IMG/VR virus record: IMGVR_UViG_3300043449_000393
Span: 1-63,073 of that record
DNA: 63,073 nt
From: a virus
Taxonomy: Duplodnaviria; Caudoviricetes
Strand: one strand, 5' to 3'
Part shown: positions 26,083 through 36,484 of the stretch, one piece after another
How positions within the stretch are numbered: the stretch's first letter is position 1
Layout of the letters: every line of letters starts with the position of its first letter
Program-made: the position numbers and the translations under genes
The notes under the pieces: generated by a model
What the model was told of the DNA's origin: nothing
Database searches by the model: none
Seen by the model: the letters and a program-made list of their open reading frames with translations, nothing else

Positions 26083-28037
26083 TGACTCCCATCTATATCG
26101 ACTTTGAATCGTACTGGAGCACGACTCACACGCTCACAAGAATGTCTCCAACGGAGTACGTTATGCACCCGGACACTGAGATCATCTCTGTGGCCATCAA
26201 GGTGGGCAACTCGCCTACCTACGTTCTGTTCGGTGAGCAGAAGATCAGAGAGCACCTTCAAGCCCTCGACTGGTCGAACGCTATGGCCATCGGCCACAAC
26301 ATGTCGGGCTTCGACTCGATGATTCTTGCGTGGCGCATGGGCGTCAACCCCAAGATGTACGGCTGCACTGCGGCTATGGCTCGCTCCAAGCATTCCAAGA
26401 CTGGCGTGAAGGTCAACGGCAAGTTCCTGACTGGCGTGTCCCTGAAGAAGCTCTCCGAAGAACTGCGTGTTGGCTCCAAGCTTGACCTCGAAGCCACGAA
26501 CACCAAGGGCAAACACCTGTGTGACTTCAGTGAAGATGAGCTGGCTCAGATGGAAGACTACAACAAGGTCGACACCGACCTGTGCGCTGCGATCTTCAAG
26601 CAGCTGTACAACGACTTCCCCAAGGCCGAGTTGTTGCAGATCGACATGACGACACGCATGCTGGTCGAGCCTAAGTTCTTGCTCAACTATGCGATGGTGG
26701 ACAAGGCCTTGGATGACGTCAAGGAAGAGAAGCGTCGCTCGCTGCTGGAGCTCGCACACATCTTAGGCATCGACGAGTTCGTGGCCAACCACCTTGAGCA
26801 TGGCACAGCCATAGAAGAACAAGTCCGCACTGAGCTGGCGTCTGCCGCGAAGTTCTCTGCGCTGCTGGAGCGCCTTGGCGTCGAAGCGCCCATGAAACGC
26901 TCACCTACCAATCCCGAGAAGATGGTGCCTGCGCTGGCCAAGACTGATGATGCGTTCATTGATTTGCAAAAGCACCCTAACCCCATCGTGGCCGCTGCTG
27001 CATGCGCTAGGTTGGAGGTTAAGTCCACGCTGCTGGAGACACGACTGCAAGCGTTCCTGCGAGCCGCTGATGCCTGCGACGGTAGGCTGCCCGTGCCTTT
27101 GAAGTACGCTGGTGCTGACACGACAGGCCGCTGGTCTGGTGAGCAGTACAACATGCAGAACCTGCCACGCATCGACCCCAAGAAGCCAAAGCCATCTGAT
27201 GCCCTGCGCATGTCACTGAAGGCACCCAAGGGTCACAAGGTGATCGTTGCTGACTTGTCTGGCATTGAGTTGCGAGTCAACATGTTTCTGTGGAGAGTCC
27301 CGTATGCCATGGAGCTGTTTGCATCAAGCCCCGACAAGGCCGACCTGTACCGCTACTTCGCGGCGCATGACCTCTACAACATCACAGAAGATGAAGTCAC
27401 GAAGAACCAGCGTCAGGTGGGCAAGGTAGCTCACTTGGGTCTAGGCTTCGGTGCTGGCGGTGCTACGTTCCAGAAGGTTGCCAAGCTGATGGGCGGCATC
27501 GACCTGACTCTGGAAGAAGCCACTGATGTGGTCAACAAGTACCGCGACGCTCACGGCGAGATCGTCAACGGCTGGCGTCAGTTCCAGAACAACCTGACCA
27601 ACATCCGCCAAGGCATTGCTGGTGCCATCGACCCGTGGGGTATGTGCCAAGTAGAGCACGAAGCTGTTCGCCTACCGTCCGGTCGTCGCATCTATTACCC
27701 GTCGCTGGTCAAGGAGATAGACAACGGCAAGTCCGAATGGTGGTACGGCAACGGTCGTTCACGAGCACGTATCTACGCAGGAAAGGGTGTTGAGAACTTG
27801 GTGCAAGCCCTTGCACGTGACGTCATTGCAGAGCACAGCGTTAAGTTCTTCAAGGACACCGGCCTGCGCCCATCGCTGGCAGTTCATGACGAGTTGGTCT
27901 ATGTGGTTCCAGAGCATTCCGCAGAGCAACATCTCGACCACTTGCAAGGAATTATGCGGCGCGGCGTGTCGTGGTGGCCTGAGTTGGTGACGTGGTCTGA
28001 AGGCGATATTGCTGGCTGCTACGGCGAAGCAAAATAA
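26082..28037 (+). CDS. polA: Family A DNA polymerase with 3'-5' exonuclease
   Basis: ExoI IDFE, ExoII GHN-FD, TTGRWS, NMQNLP, motif A DLSGIELR, motif B RQVGKVAHLGLGFG, motif C VHDE. Confidence 0.95.
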   Translation: MTPIYIDFESYWSTTHTLTRMSPTEYVMHPDTEIISVAIKVGNSPTYVLFGEQKIREHLQALDWSNAMAIGHNMSGFDSMILAWRMGVNPKMYGCTAAMARSKHSKTGVKVNGKFLTGVSLKKLSEELRVGSKLDLEATNTKGKHLCDFSEDELAQMEDYNKVDTDLCAAIFKQLYNDFPKAELLQIDMTTRMLVEPKFLLNYAMVDKALDDVKEEKRRSLLELAHILGIDEFVANHLEHGTAIEEQVRTELASAAKFSALLERLGVEAPMKRSPTNPEKMVPALAKTDDAFIDLQKHPNPIVAAAACARLEVKSTLLETRLQAFLRAADACDGRLPVPLKYAGADTTGRWSGEQYNMQNLPRIDPKKPKPSDALRMSLKAPKGHKVIVADLSGIELRVNMFLWRVPYAMELFASSPDKADLYRYFAAHDLYNITEDEVTKNQRQVGKVAHLGLGFGAGGATFQKVAKLMGGIDLTLEEATDVVNKYRDAHGEIVNGWRQFQNNLTNIRQGIAGAIDPWGMCQVEHEAVRLPSGRRIYYPSLVKEIDNGKSEWWYGNGRSRARIYAGKGVENLVQALARDVIAEHSVKFFKDTGLRPSLAVHDELVYVVPEHSAEQHLDHLQGIMRRGVSWWPELVTWSEGDIAGCYGEAK

Positions 28038-28039
28038 TG

Positions 28040-28067
28040 TTGACAGCACTCACGATGCTGCTACCAT
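28040..28067 (+). promoter_or_regulatory. Putative sigma70 promoter
   Basis: TTGACA-N16-TACCAT. Confidence 0.5.
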
Positions 28068-28133
28068 AGAAGTTCAGAACAAAGCCCCCAACCATCAAAT
28101 GATGCCTTGGGGGCGCAACCGCATTGGAACAAC

Positions 28134-28790
28134 ATGACAAACCCAGCATGGACGTATTCACAATTGGACACGTTCGAGAACTGCCCGCGAAAGTTCTACC
28201 ACTTGAAAGTGAAGCGCGATGTTGTTGAGCCGCCTACCATCCACACTGAGTGGGGTACAAAGGTTCACACGGCGTTTGAAGACTTCATCAAAGACGGAGT
28301 CATGCTCCCCGAGGGCATGGAGCAGTGGCAGAAGCTGGCGTACAAACTGGCTGCGCTGCCCGGCACCAAGCTGTGCGAGAAGGAATACGCCCTCGACCGC
28401 AACTTCCAGCCGACAGCATGGAAAGGCGCATGGACTCGTGGCATCGCTGACTTGATTGTGCTCCATGGGGACAAGGCCATCGTCGCTGACTACAAGACCG
28501 GAAAGCGCAAGCCAACTGAACAGCTTGACCTCTACGCCAACTACGTGTTCGCACACCACCCAGAGATCAACAAAGTTACCACGGGCTTCATCTGGCTCAA
28601 GGAAAAGAAGATAGACTGGAAGCCACGCGAACGCACCGAGGTGCCGATCATCTGGCAGAACTTCGTACCCCGTGTTAACAAGCTGGAGTCGGCATACGAA
28701 CGTGATCGCTGGCCAGCGAAGACGTCAGGACTTTGTAAGGCTTGGTGTTCAGTATTGAGCTGTGAATTCAACGGGAGGAAGAATGGCTAG
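28134..28790 (+). CDS. PD-(D/E)XK exonuclease (Cas4/RecB-like)
   Basis: YSQL-F-NCP, GTKVH, GIAD, DYKTG, QL-LY, C-terminal CxxCx4C. Confidence 0.88.
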   Translation: MTNPAWTYSQLDTFENCPRKFYHLKVKRDVVEPPTIHTEWGTKVHTAFEDFIKDGVMLPEGMEQWQKLAYKLAALPGTKLCEKEYALDRNFQPTAWKGAWTRGIADLIVLHGDKAIVADYKTGKRKPTEQLDLYANYVFAHHPEINKVTTGFIWLKEKKIDWKPRERTEVPIIWQNFVPRVNKLESAYERDRWPAKTSGLCKAWCSVLSCEFNGRKNG

Positions 28791-29127
28791 TACACCAGAA
28801 GGCAAGGTCAAAGACGCTTGCAAGAAAATGTTGAACCGGCATGAGGTGTACTTCTTTATGCCTGTGTCCAACGGCATGGGCTCCATGGGCATATTCGACA
28901 TTGTCGCTTGCGCAGATGGCGTGTTTGTCGGCATTGAATGCAAAAGCGACAGCAGCAAAAAGCCTACCGCGTTGCAGACACACAACGCTACAAAAGCTAA
29001 GAATGCTGGGGCCGTTATTTTTTTAGTGCATGTTGACAACATAACGGATTTGGAGAATACTATAATCCAGATTAAAGGAGGCGAACGTGGAACTGACAGG
29101 CTTTCGTTTTGGCCGTTTAGTGGCTGA
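28783..29127 (+). CDS. VRR-NUC nuclease (Holliday junction resolvase-like)
   Basis: PEGKVK, GIFD, GIECK, PTALQ. Confidence 0.85.
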   Translation: MASTPEGKVKDACKKMLNRHEVYFFMPVSNGMGSMGIFDIVACADGVFVGIECKSDSSKKPTALQTHNATKAKNAGAVIFLVHVDNITDLENTIIQIKGGERGTDRLSFWPFSG

Positions 29128-29710
29128 GTCAAGAACAACCAAAGGCAAACGAGTTGCATGGATTTGCCTGTGTGACTGCGGTGTGCGCACGGTTAAAGCG
29201 CAAGTTGACTTGCGAAGTGGCGACACAACGTCCTGCGGGTGCCGCAAAAATGAAGTTACGGCTGCAAGAAATACTACCCACGGCATGGCCCACACTGCGG
29301 CATACGCAAAATGGCTTGGCATGAAGGCCCGGGTGCGTAACGCAAGCCGAAAAGAAAACCGATGCTATGCAGGCGTCACGATATGCCAGCGATGGCTTTC
29401 GTTTAAAAACTTTTTGTCGGATATGGGTCAGCCACCTGACGGGTATTCCCTAGACCGCAAAGACAACAACAAAGGCTACAGCAAAAGTAACTGCCGTTGG
29501 GTTCCACTTGTAGAGCAATCCAGAAACACGCGAAGGCTAAGAATGCACGAAGGATTTTGCATTTCGCAGTCGGCACGAAAAAATGGGCTGTCGCCTGACG
29601 TTGTTTTAGACAGGATCAACAAGCTGGGGTGGACAATAGAGGACGCCCTAAGTACCCCCAAGCGTAAACAGAGGAAATCAAATGACCAAATCAACACCTC
29701 GCAAACTTGA
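29087..29710 (+). CDS. HNH homing endonuclease
   Basis: LTGFRFGRLV, CLCDCG, SLDRKDNNKGYSKSNCRW. Confidence 0.85.
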   Translation: MELTGFRFGRLVAESRTTKGKRVAWICLCDCGVRTVKAQVDLRSGDTTSCGCRKNEVTAARNTTHGMAHTAAYAKWLGMKARVRNASRKENRCYAGVTICQRWLSFKNFLSDMGQPPDGYSLDRKDNNKGYSKSNCRWVPLVEQSRNTRRLRMHEGFCISQSARKNGLSPDVVLDRINKLGWTIEDALSTPKRKQRKSNDQINTSQT

Positions 29711-29948
29711 ATACCAAAAAGCCTACAACGCTCGCCCTGAAGAGGTGGCCAAGCGTGTGAAGAACAACGCCGCACGGCGCGAAGCCATCAAAGATGGCAA
29801 AGCCCGAGTCGGTGATGGCAAGGACGTAGCCCACAAGAAGTCACTGGAGAACGGCGGTGGCAACGGCAAGGGCAACACCGCAGTCCAAGATCGTGCAACC
29901 AACCGTGGATGGAGAAAAGGCAGTGGCAGTTATAACCCAGACAAGTGA
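29682..29948 (+). CDS. Small basic HNH-like protein
   Basis: GDGKDVAHKK-L-NGG-N...NR. Confidence 0.65.
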   Translation: MTKSTPRKLEYQKAYNARPEEVAKRVKNNAARREAIKDGKARVGDGKDVAHKKSLENGGGNGKGNTAVQDRATNRGWRKGSGSYNPDK

Positions 29949-29979
29949 GGACTATCACCTAAATAATCCGACCAGCGTC

Positions 29980-30162
29980 ATGTTCTTTGGGAGGAGGATG
30001 CCTGATCGGATTCTCGCAACACAGCTTTTCAGGGATTACCTCAACGATCAGTTGGAGGTTAGGTGGCGAGTACGAGGCGACCCAGTCGTCCACAGCATGC
30101 CATTTGAAACGTCAGATGAAGGAGTCATGGCCGCTCTCACCGCAATGAAACTCACATGCTAA
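29980..30162 (+). CDS. Small hypothetical protein (start uncertain)
   Basis: Fills the gap and overlaps the helicase start. Confidence 0.4.
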   Translation: MFFGRRMPDRILATQLFRDYLNDQLEVRWRVRGDPVVHSMPFETSDEGVMAALTAMKLTC

Positions 30163-31727
30163 TTCACAAAGAAAAGAAGGCGGTTGTCCTACGCCTCAAA
30201 AACCCAAGTCGGGTGACTACGGTTATCCCGACTGCCAAACTGGTCAGCCACAACGGATCGACACTGGTAGCAGTGCCACACAGACCTGACGAAACTCGGG
30301 TTCTTCGCAACTTAGGCTTTGAGGTTCCTGACCCCATGCCTATGCACTATGACTGGCCCAAGGTCAGCGGTCGCTACGACCCATTCGACGCGCAGCGTGA
30401 TACAGCATCGTTCCTGTCCATGAACAGCCGCGCCTTCTGCCTCAACGGTATGGGCACTGGCAAGACCAACAGCGCACTGTGGGCATACGACTACTTACGT
30501 CGTACCAAGCAGGTCAAGAAGGTTCTTGTGGTGTGTCCGCTGTCCACCATGGAGCGCACATGGGCCGACTCTGTGTTCAACACGTTCTCGCATCTTGATG
30601 CTGTCGTGCTGCACGGAACACGCGAGCGCCGTAACAAGCTGCTCAAGCAAGAAGTTGACGTCTACATCATCAACATCGACGGGCTGGCATCCATCAAGGC
30701 GGAGCTGGCCAAGAGACCTGACATTGATCTGATCGTCGTGGACGAGCTGGCTCTGGCTCGCAACTCTGGCACAGACCGGTGGAAGATTCTCAACGAGATT
30801 TGCAACAAGCAGACCACCCGCCGCGTGTGGGGCATGACAGGCTCGCCAACACCTAACGCACCAACCGATGCTTGGGCACAGTGCAAGCTTATAACGCCAG
30901 ACAACCAGAACGTGCCCAAGTATTTCAGCGCGTTCCGCGACAAGGTGATGCGCCAGCTGACGCAGTTCAAATGGATTGCCCGGCCCGACGCCAACGACAC
31001 CATCTACCAGATGATGCAACCTGCGATTCGGTTCTCGCTGGATGACTGTACCGACCTGCCTGAGCAGACCTTCATGACCCGTGAGGTTGCGCTGACACCT
31101 GAGCAAGCCAAAGCCTACAAGGACATGCTGTCCAAGCTGGCGACGGACTACCAAGGCGGTCAGATTCTTGCGGTCAACGAAGCGGTCAAGGCCAACAAGT
31201 TGATTCAGATCGCATGTGGTGTCGCGTACGGGACAGGTGGCGAAGAGATCGTCATCCCATCCAAGCCCCGGCTCGACGTGGTCAAGGAGATCATCGAAGA
31301 ATCCGAAGGCAAGGTCATCGTGTTTGTTCCGCTGACTGGTGCGCTCGAAAGCGTGGCGTCAGAACTGCGTAAGGACTGGGCGGTAGAAACGGTACATGGC
31401 GGCACAAGCAAGAGCGAACGTGACCGGATATTTGGCGAGTTTCAACGTAACGATGAACCCCGAGTACTGGTAGCCAACGCAGCAGCTATGAGCCATGGAC
31501 TGACCCTTACGGCGGCTACAACCATCGTTTGGTACGCACCAGTCCACTCGAACGAAGTGTACGAACAGGCCTGTGCCCGTGTACGCCGACCCGGCCAGAC
31601 GAGAACCACGGTGATCGTCCACATTGCAGGCACTGACGTTGAGCGTCGGGTCTACAAAAGACTTCAGGACAAGCAGTCCATGCAAGGGCTGCTGCTGGAG
31701 ATGATGAAAGAGCAGATCAAAGATTAA
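30156..31727 (+). CDS. SNF2-family (SF2) helicase
   Basis: MGTGKT, VVDE, MTGSP, HGLTLTAA, QACARVRRPGQ. Confidence 0.92.
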   Translation: MLIHKEKKAVVLRLKNPSRVTTVIPTAKLVSHNGSTLVAVPHRPDETRVLRNLGFEVPDPMPMHYDWPKVSGRYDPFDAQRDTASFLSMNSRAFCLNGMGTGKTNSALWAYDYLRRTKQVKKVLVVCPLSTMERTWADSVFNTFSHLDAVVLHGTRERRNKLLKQEVDVYIINIDGLASIKAELAKRPDIDLIVVDELALARNSGTDRWKILNEICNKQTTRRVWGMTGSPTPNAPTDAWAQCKLITPDNQNVPKYFSAFRDKVMRQLTQFKWIARPDANDTIYQMMQPAIRFSLDDCTDLPEQTFMTREVALTPEQAKAYKDMLSKLATDYQGGQILAVNEAVKANKLIQIACGVAYGTGGEEIVIPSKPRLDVVKEIIEESEGKVIVFVPLTGALESVASELRKDWAVETVHGGTSKSERDRIFGEFQRNDEPRVLVANAAAMSHGLTLTAATTIVWYAPVHSNEVYEQACARVRRPGQTRTTVIVHIAGTDVERRVYKRLQDKQSMQGLLLEMMKEQIKD

Positions 31728-31744
31728 CTACAAAGGAAACCAAA

Positions 31745-32128
31745 GTGAAATTATCTGAAGCAGTCGAGATGTATATCAAGATGCGCGACAAAAAAGCTGC
31801 GATGAAAGCTGAATTTGACGCTAGCATTGCACCCCTTAACGAGAAGATGGAAAAACTGGAAGCCAAGCTTCTGGACGTCTTCAATAAAACTGGCATGGAC
31901 TCTGTGAAAACTGAGTTTGGTACTGCGTACTCCACGGTGCGCACAACAGCCAGCGTTGCCGATCGTGAGGTCTTCATGGATTACGTGAAGGCCAACGAAG
32001 AGTGGAGCTTGCTCGAGACGCGTGTTTCCAAAACCGCAGTCGAGCAGTTCCGCGCCATCCATGACGACTTGCCTCCCGGAATCAATGTCCGTGAAGAGCG
32101 TGTAGTCAATGTCCGCCGTTCGTCGTAA
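31745..32128 (+). CDS. Conserved replication-region protein
   Basis: AAAGGA SD, GTG start; coiled coil then KTEFGT...LPPG. Confidence 0.75.
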   Translation: MKLSEAVEMYIKMRDKKAAMKAEFDASIAPLNEKMEKLEAKLLDVFNKTGMDSVKTEFGTAYSTVRTTASVADREVFMDYVKANEEWSLLETRVSKTAVEQFRAIHDDLPPGINVREERVVNVRRSS

Positions 32129-32154
32129 ACTCTCAACCTCAACCACCAAAGACC

Positions 32155-33102
32155 ATGAACATCATTCCTTTTGACAGTGGCAGCAAGCTGCCTGCGTACC
32201 TCAAGCAAGTTGACGTAGCATCCCTGAACTCCGACCTTACCAGCCACGCTGGCGGCGGCTTCCCCGCAATCTCCATCAAGGGCAAAGTCTTTGCCGTGGT
32301 GCGTGATGGCGAGCGCGAAGTTCTGCGTAACCCCAAAGACCCTGACAGCGCCGCGACCAGCTTGGACGTGGTGTTGCTTAAAGCCAACAAAGGCACAAGC
32401 AAGGTGTTCTACCTGAAGGGCTACAACCCTGAGCAGAGCGAAGGCCAGAAGCCTGACTGCTACTCCGGCGACGGCATCACACCCGCTGGCGATGCCAAGA
32501 CACCTCAAGCCAAGAAGTGCGCTACCTGCCCACACAATCAGTGGGGCTCGCGCATCACTGAGAAGGGTGCCTCCAAGGGCAAGGCCTGTAACGACACCGT
32601 TCGTATGGCTGTGGCTGCTGCGGGTCTGTTGAACGACCCCATGCTGCTGCGTGTGCCACCTGCATCCATCCGTGCGTTGGGTGAGTACGGTCAGACTCTG
32701 GCCAAGCGTGGCGCTGCGTACAACATGGTTGTCACCAAGGTTGCCTTCGACATGGACGCTGAGTCCCCCAAGTTGACCTTCAAGCCAGTCGGCTTCCTCG
32801 ACGACGCTGCATACGCAGAAGTCCAAGAGACCGTTGACTCGGACATTGTGGCCAGCATCTTGGGTGCCAGCTTCAACGCTGTCGAAGCCGCTCCTGCTGC
32901 CGAAGACACTGAAGTGCCCGAAGAAGCACCAGCCCCTGTGGCCAAGCCAAAGCCAGCTGCCAAACCTGCTCCGGTGCAAGCCGAAGAGGAAGCCCCAGCT
33001 CCTGTGGCCAAGCCAAAGCCAGCTGCCAAAGCTGCACCTAAGCCAGCTCCTGTTGAGGACGACCTCGATCTGGACTTGGACGGCATCAGCTTCGACGATT
33101 AA
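32155..33102 (+). CDS. Probable ssDNA-binding/annealing protein
   Basis: PDCYS, CATCPHN, GKAC Zn motif; acidic tail DDLDLDLDGISFDD; duplicated APVAKPKPAAK linker. Confidence 0.7.
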   Translation: MNIIPFDSGSKLPAYLKQVDVASLNSDLTSHAGGGFPAISIKGKVFAVVRDGEREVLRNPKDPDSAATSLDVVLLKANKGTSKVFYLKGYNPEQSEGQKPDCYSGDGITPAGDAKTPQAKKCATCPHNQWGSRITEKGASKGKACNDTVRMAVAAAGLLNDPMLLRVPPASIRALGEYGQTLAKRGAAYNMVVTKVAFDMDAESPKLTFKPVGFLDDAAYAEVQETVDSDIVASILGASFNAVEAAPAAEDTEVPEEAPAPVAKPKPAAKPAPVQAEEEAPAPVAKPKPAAKAAPKPAPVEDDLDLDLDGISFDD

Positions 33103-33144
33103 TCAACACGGGGAGCTTCGGCTCCCCACAACTTAGGAAACATC

Positions 33145-33354
33145 ATGAACTACAACATCAAACTCGAAATGAGCATGGACGCCAACTCTTTGAACACACT
33201 GCTCGGTACGCTCGGTAGTGGTCCGCACAACTTTGTGCGGCCTATCATAGACAACGTGCTGGCGCAAGCCAAGGAGCAAGAAGACGCTGCTAGGGCAGCA
33301 CAAGCTGCTACAACCACTGACGCCGAAGTCATGGAAGTCGGCGGCACTGACTGA
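33145..33354 (+). CDS. Small hypothetical protein
   Basis: AGGA SD; followed by a terminator. Confidence 0.6.
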   Translation: MNYNIKLEMSMDANSLNTLLGTLGSGPHNFVRPIIDNVLAQAKEQEDAARAAQAATTTDAEVMEVGGTD

Positions 33355-33374
33355 CTTTAGCGCCAAACCCAAGG

Positions 33375-33400
33375 AGCCCGCTTGCGGGCTTTTTCCTTTT
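33375..33400 (+). terminator. Rho-independent terminator
   Basis: AGCCCGC-TT-GCGGGCT then TTTT. Confidence 0.65.
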
Positions 33401-33448
33401 CTGGAGTAGTCATGAGTAGCAAAAAAACAACAGCGGGAGGGGAGAGCT

Positions 33449-36400
33449 ATGGACACCCTTGAATTTCTGAGAGTCATACTCCCTGAGCATGGCATCCACT
33501 ATCTGGCCCTGTTCAAAGAGGGCTACAAATTCCCCGCTCACAAGGTCTACACTGACCTTGAGACAATGGCCGAAGCCATCGAGGGTATGGCTGGCAGCAA
33601 GCAGCTGTCGGTGTACCACGCATGTGCGTCCTATCAAAAAGCCGTCATCGAACTGGACGAGCTGGACAAGAACGGCAACAACAAACGCAAGTATCGCATC
33701 CCTGAGAACTGGGACAAGGCCAAAGCATTCTGGGTGGACGTTGACTGCGGTCAAGAGAAGTTCGACAAGGGTCAGGGATACCTGACCAAGAAAGAAGCTG
33801 TTGTGGCCATGGCCAAGTTCGCCAAGGACGTCGGCATCCCACGCCCCATGCTTGTAGATTCAGGCAATGGCATCCATGCCTACTGGCCACTGACCCACGA
33901 GATTGGCCCTGAGCTGTGGCGCAAGGTCGCTACGGTGTTGAAGTCCACACTGGCCCACTGCAAGGTCATCGCTGACCCAACCCGTACAGCTGACTTTAGC
34001 TCCATCCTGCGCCCCGTGGGTTCGACCAACCGTAAGAACGGCGACGCCAAGACAGTCAAGGTGCTGGCCACCTGCGAAGCCATTGACCCGAAAGAGTTTG
34101 CTACGCCGCTGTTTGCCTACGCCAAAGAGAATGACGTCAAACTGATTCGCGAAGCGCCCAAGAAGCAGTACAACAACGACCTGAACTCTGACCTGACTGC
34201 CCACCTGCCGCAGTACCCTGAGATTCCCGCCGATGCAAACGTCATGGCCGACAAGTGCCAGCAAGCCGCTACGATGCGCGACACCATGGGTGACGTGGAG
34301 TACGAGGTCTGGCGTCGTGTCATCGGTCTGCTTACCTTCTGCGAAAGTGGTCGGGAGACTGCCCAAGCATGGACGTCCAACCGCGAAGAGTCTGGCCATA
34401 CCAGCCTTGACTGGGATGTGAAGTACGACACGTGGAACGCTGGCCCCAGCACCTGCGAGTCTTTCCAGAGCTGCAACCCGGATGGCTGCAATGGCTGCCA
34501 GTTCAAGGGCAAGATCACCACCCCGCTGCAACTGGCTAGGGTTATCCCTGAGCCCGAAGAGACCGTTGAGGAGACCGTCAACGAAGAAAGCGTCACCGAG
34601 GAAGTGTCCATCCCTGCGCTGCCCCGTGGCTACCAGTGGGACTCGGGCTTGCTCAGCCGCTTATTGCCAGACAAGGAGGGTGTCCTCCAAGCGTTCCCGT
34701 TCTGCGAGAACCTGTTCTACCCCATGACCCGTATCCGTGGTGAAGACGGCACGTTCCGTTATGGCATCCGTCTGCACCTGCCCGACAAGCGCATCCGTGA
34801 CTTCGAGATTTCCGGTGAGTCTGTGGCGTCGCCAACCGACTTGCTTCGGGCCATGGCCCGCTACGAACTGACCAAGAGCAACCACAAAAACGCAGGAGAG
34901 CACATGGCCGCGTATCTGCTGGACCAGCTGCAGTCACTCAAGCGCAGCATCACTGAGACCAACACCCTCACATCGTTTGGCTACAAGGACGACAACAAAG
35001 CGTTCCTATTAGGGGAAACCCTATACGAAGCGGACGGTTCGGAGCGCAAAGTTTTGGTCGGCGGCAACGCCAAGGAGCGCATGGCCACGTTCAAGAACGG
35101 TCGAGGCAGCTTGGAAGGCTACGCCAAGGCTCTGAACTTCATGTACAACCGACCCGGAGCTGTTCACTGGCAGTACACCATCTGCTCTGGCTGGGGCTCA
35201 CTGCTTGCCCACCACTGCGAAGACCTGTACAAGGGCTTGATTCTGGCCCTGCAAGGCGGCGAGTCAGGTCGCGGCAAGACCACGGTATGTCACGCTGCGC
35301 TGGCTGCGTTTGGCAACCCTGAGAAGTTGACCCTGAACTCCAAGGACGGCTTCACCACCAACGCTCTGTGGGCGACTCTCGGTGTGTTCAACAACGTCCC
35401 AATTCTGGTGGACGAGCTCACGGGCATGGACTCTGCTGTGTTCAGCGACGTTGCATACGGCGTGTCGAATGGCCAAGACAAAGTTCGCCTCACATCCAAG
35501 AATGGCGGCGTGGTGTTTGCCAAGTCGTCGGAGTGGCGTCTGAACGTGTACATCACCGGAAACCGGGATTTCTACGGTCTGCTGGCAGCCAACCAAGCCA
35601 ACTCACAGGCAGAAGCTGTGCGCTTGATTCAGCTGAACGTTGATCGCTACGAAGGCCTGATGCTGGTTGATCGCGCAAACTACCCCAAGACACCCGAGGG
35701 CAAGAAGGCATGGGAAGCTGCTTCAGGTCTGGTTGCTGCGGAGCACATCAAGAAGATGACCGCCAACTCCGGCCATGCCGGTGCTGCGCTGATTCAGTAC
35801 ATCTTGGCCAACCACGATGAAGTCCACAAGGACATACACACCATGCTCGGCAAGTTCACCGAGGTGCTATCCAACCCCAAGTTCCGCTTCTACCGTGCGC
35901 ACAGCGCCTGCACCATCGTGATCGCCAAGATCGCTCGCAAGCTGGGCATCATGGAGTTCGACATCAAGGAGATGTACAAGTTCACCGTGAACCTGTTGCG
36001 CGAGCTGTCTGAGTCTGTGGCTGAGAACAATACCGTGACCTCAGAGGACGCCTTCCAGCGCATGGTCAGTATCTTGAGCTCTCGAATTATTGTCACTACC
36101 GAATGTCGCGATCGTCGTGATGGACGCGGCCCTGAGACTCCGCGCAACCGAATCAACGGCCCGATCGCTGGCCGCTACATCTTGGGCAGCCAGAGCAGCA
36201 AAGAGTTCGCTGGGCGGTTGATTCTGTCTCAGAAGGAAGTGCGCGACTGGTGCATGGCCAACCGCATGGACTTTCACTCGATGATGAAAAGCTTGCAGGA
36301 CGCCAAAGCCTTGGTGGCTCAGGGCGACAAGTTCGTTATCACTCGGGGGACTGACTGCCCATCCATGCAGACTCGCTGCATCATCGTTGACATGCACAAG

Positions 36401-36478
36401 CTGAACGCAGAGGCCAACGCCCCTGTACTGTCTCTAGTCACCAATCAATTTGACGGGGAAGCTGCTGAAGCAGTATGA
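33449..36478 (+). CDS. Primase-helicase (RepB/AEP-type primase, Cys cluster, DUF927-like P-loop domain)
   Basis: WVDVD, DSGNGIHAYW, ILRPVGS, CxxFxxxNPxxCxxC, Walker A GESGRGKT, Walker B LVDE. Confidence 0.9.
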   Translation: MDTLEFLRVILPEHGIHYLALFKEGYKFPAHKVYTDLETMAEAIEGMAGSKQLSVYHACASYQKAVIELDELDKNGNNKRKYRIPENWDKAKAFWVDVDCGQEKFDKGQGYLTKKEAVVAMAKFAKDVGIPRPMLVDSGNGIHAYWPLTHEIGPELWRKVATVLKSTLAHCKVIADPTRTADFSSILRPVGSTNRKNGDAKTVKVLATCEAIDPKEFATPLFAYAKENDVKLIREAPKKQYNNDLNSDLTAHLPQYPEIPADANVMADKCQQAATMRDTMGDVEYEVWRRVIGLLTFCESGRETAQAWTSNREESGHTSLDWDVKYDTWNAGPSTCESFQSCNPDGCNGCQFKGKITTPLQLARVIPEPEETVEETVNEESVTEEVSIPALPRGYQWDSGLLSRLLPDKEGVLQAFPFCENLFYPMTRIRGEDGTFRYGIRLHLPDKRIRDFEISGESVASPTDLLRAMARYELTKSNHKNAGEHMAAYLLDQLQSLKRSITETNTLTSFGYKDDNKAFLLGETLYEADGSERKVLVGGNAKERMATFKNGRGSLEGYAKALNFMYNRPGAVHWQYTICSGWGSLLAHHCEDLYKGLILALQGGESGRGKTTVCHAALAAFGNPEKLTLNSKDGFTTNALWATLGVFNNVPILVDELTGMDSAVFSDVAYGVSNGQDKVRLTSKNGGVVFAKSSEWRLNVYITGNRDFYGLLAANQANSQAEAVRLIQLNVDRYEGLMLVDRANYPKTPEGKKAWEAASGLVAAEHIKKMTANSGHAGAALIQYILANHDEVHKDIHTMLGKFTEVLSNPKFRFYRAHSACTIVIAKIARKLGIMEFDIKEMYKFTVNLLRELSESVAENNTVTSEDAFQRMVSILSSRIIVTTECRDRRDGRGPETPRNRINGPIAGRYILGSQSSKEFAGRLILSQKEVRDWCMANRMDFHSMMKSLQDAKALVAQGDKFVITRGTDCPSMQTRCIIVDMHKLNAEANAPVLSLVTNQFDGEAAEAV

Positions 36479-36479
36479 T
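36450..36479 (+). promoter_or_regulatory. sigma70 promoter at the 3' end of the primase gene
   Basis: TTGACG-N18-TATGAT. Confidence 0.6.
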
Positions 36480-36484
36480 CCACG

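Noticed and set aside
29033-29066. TTGACA...TATAAT promoter before the second HNH gene
   Set aside because: Spacer is 22 nt (19 nt to TACTAT), outside the normal range.
32935-33030. 30-nt direct repeat in the SSB-like gene
   Set aside because: Simple duplication within a low-complexity Pro/Ala/Lys linker.
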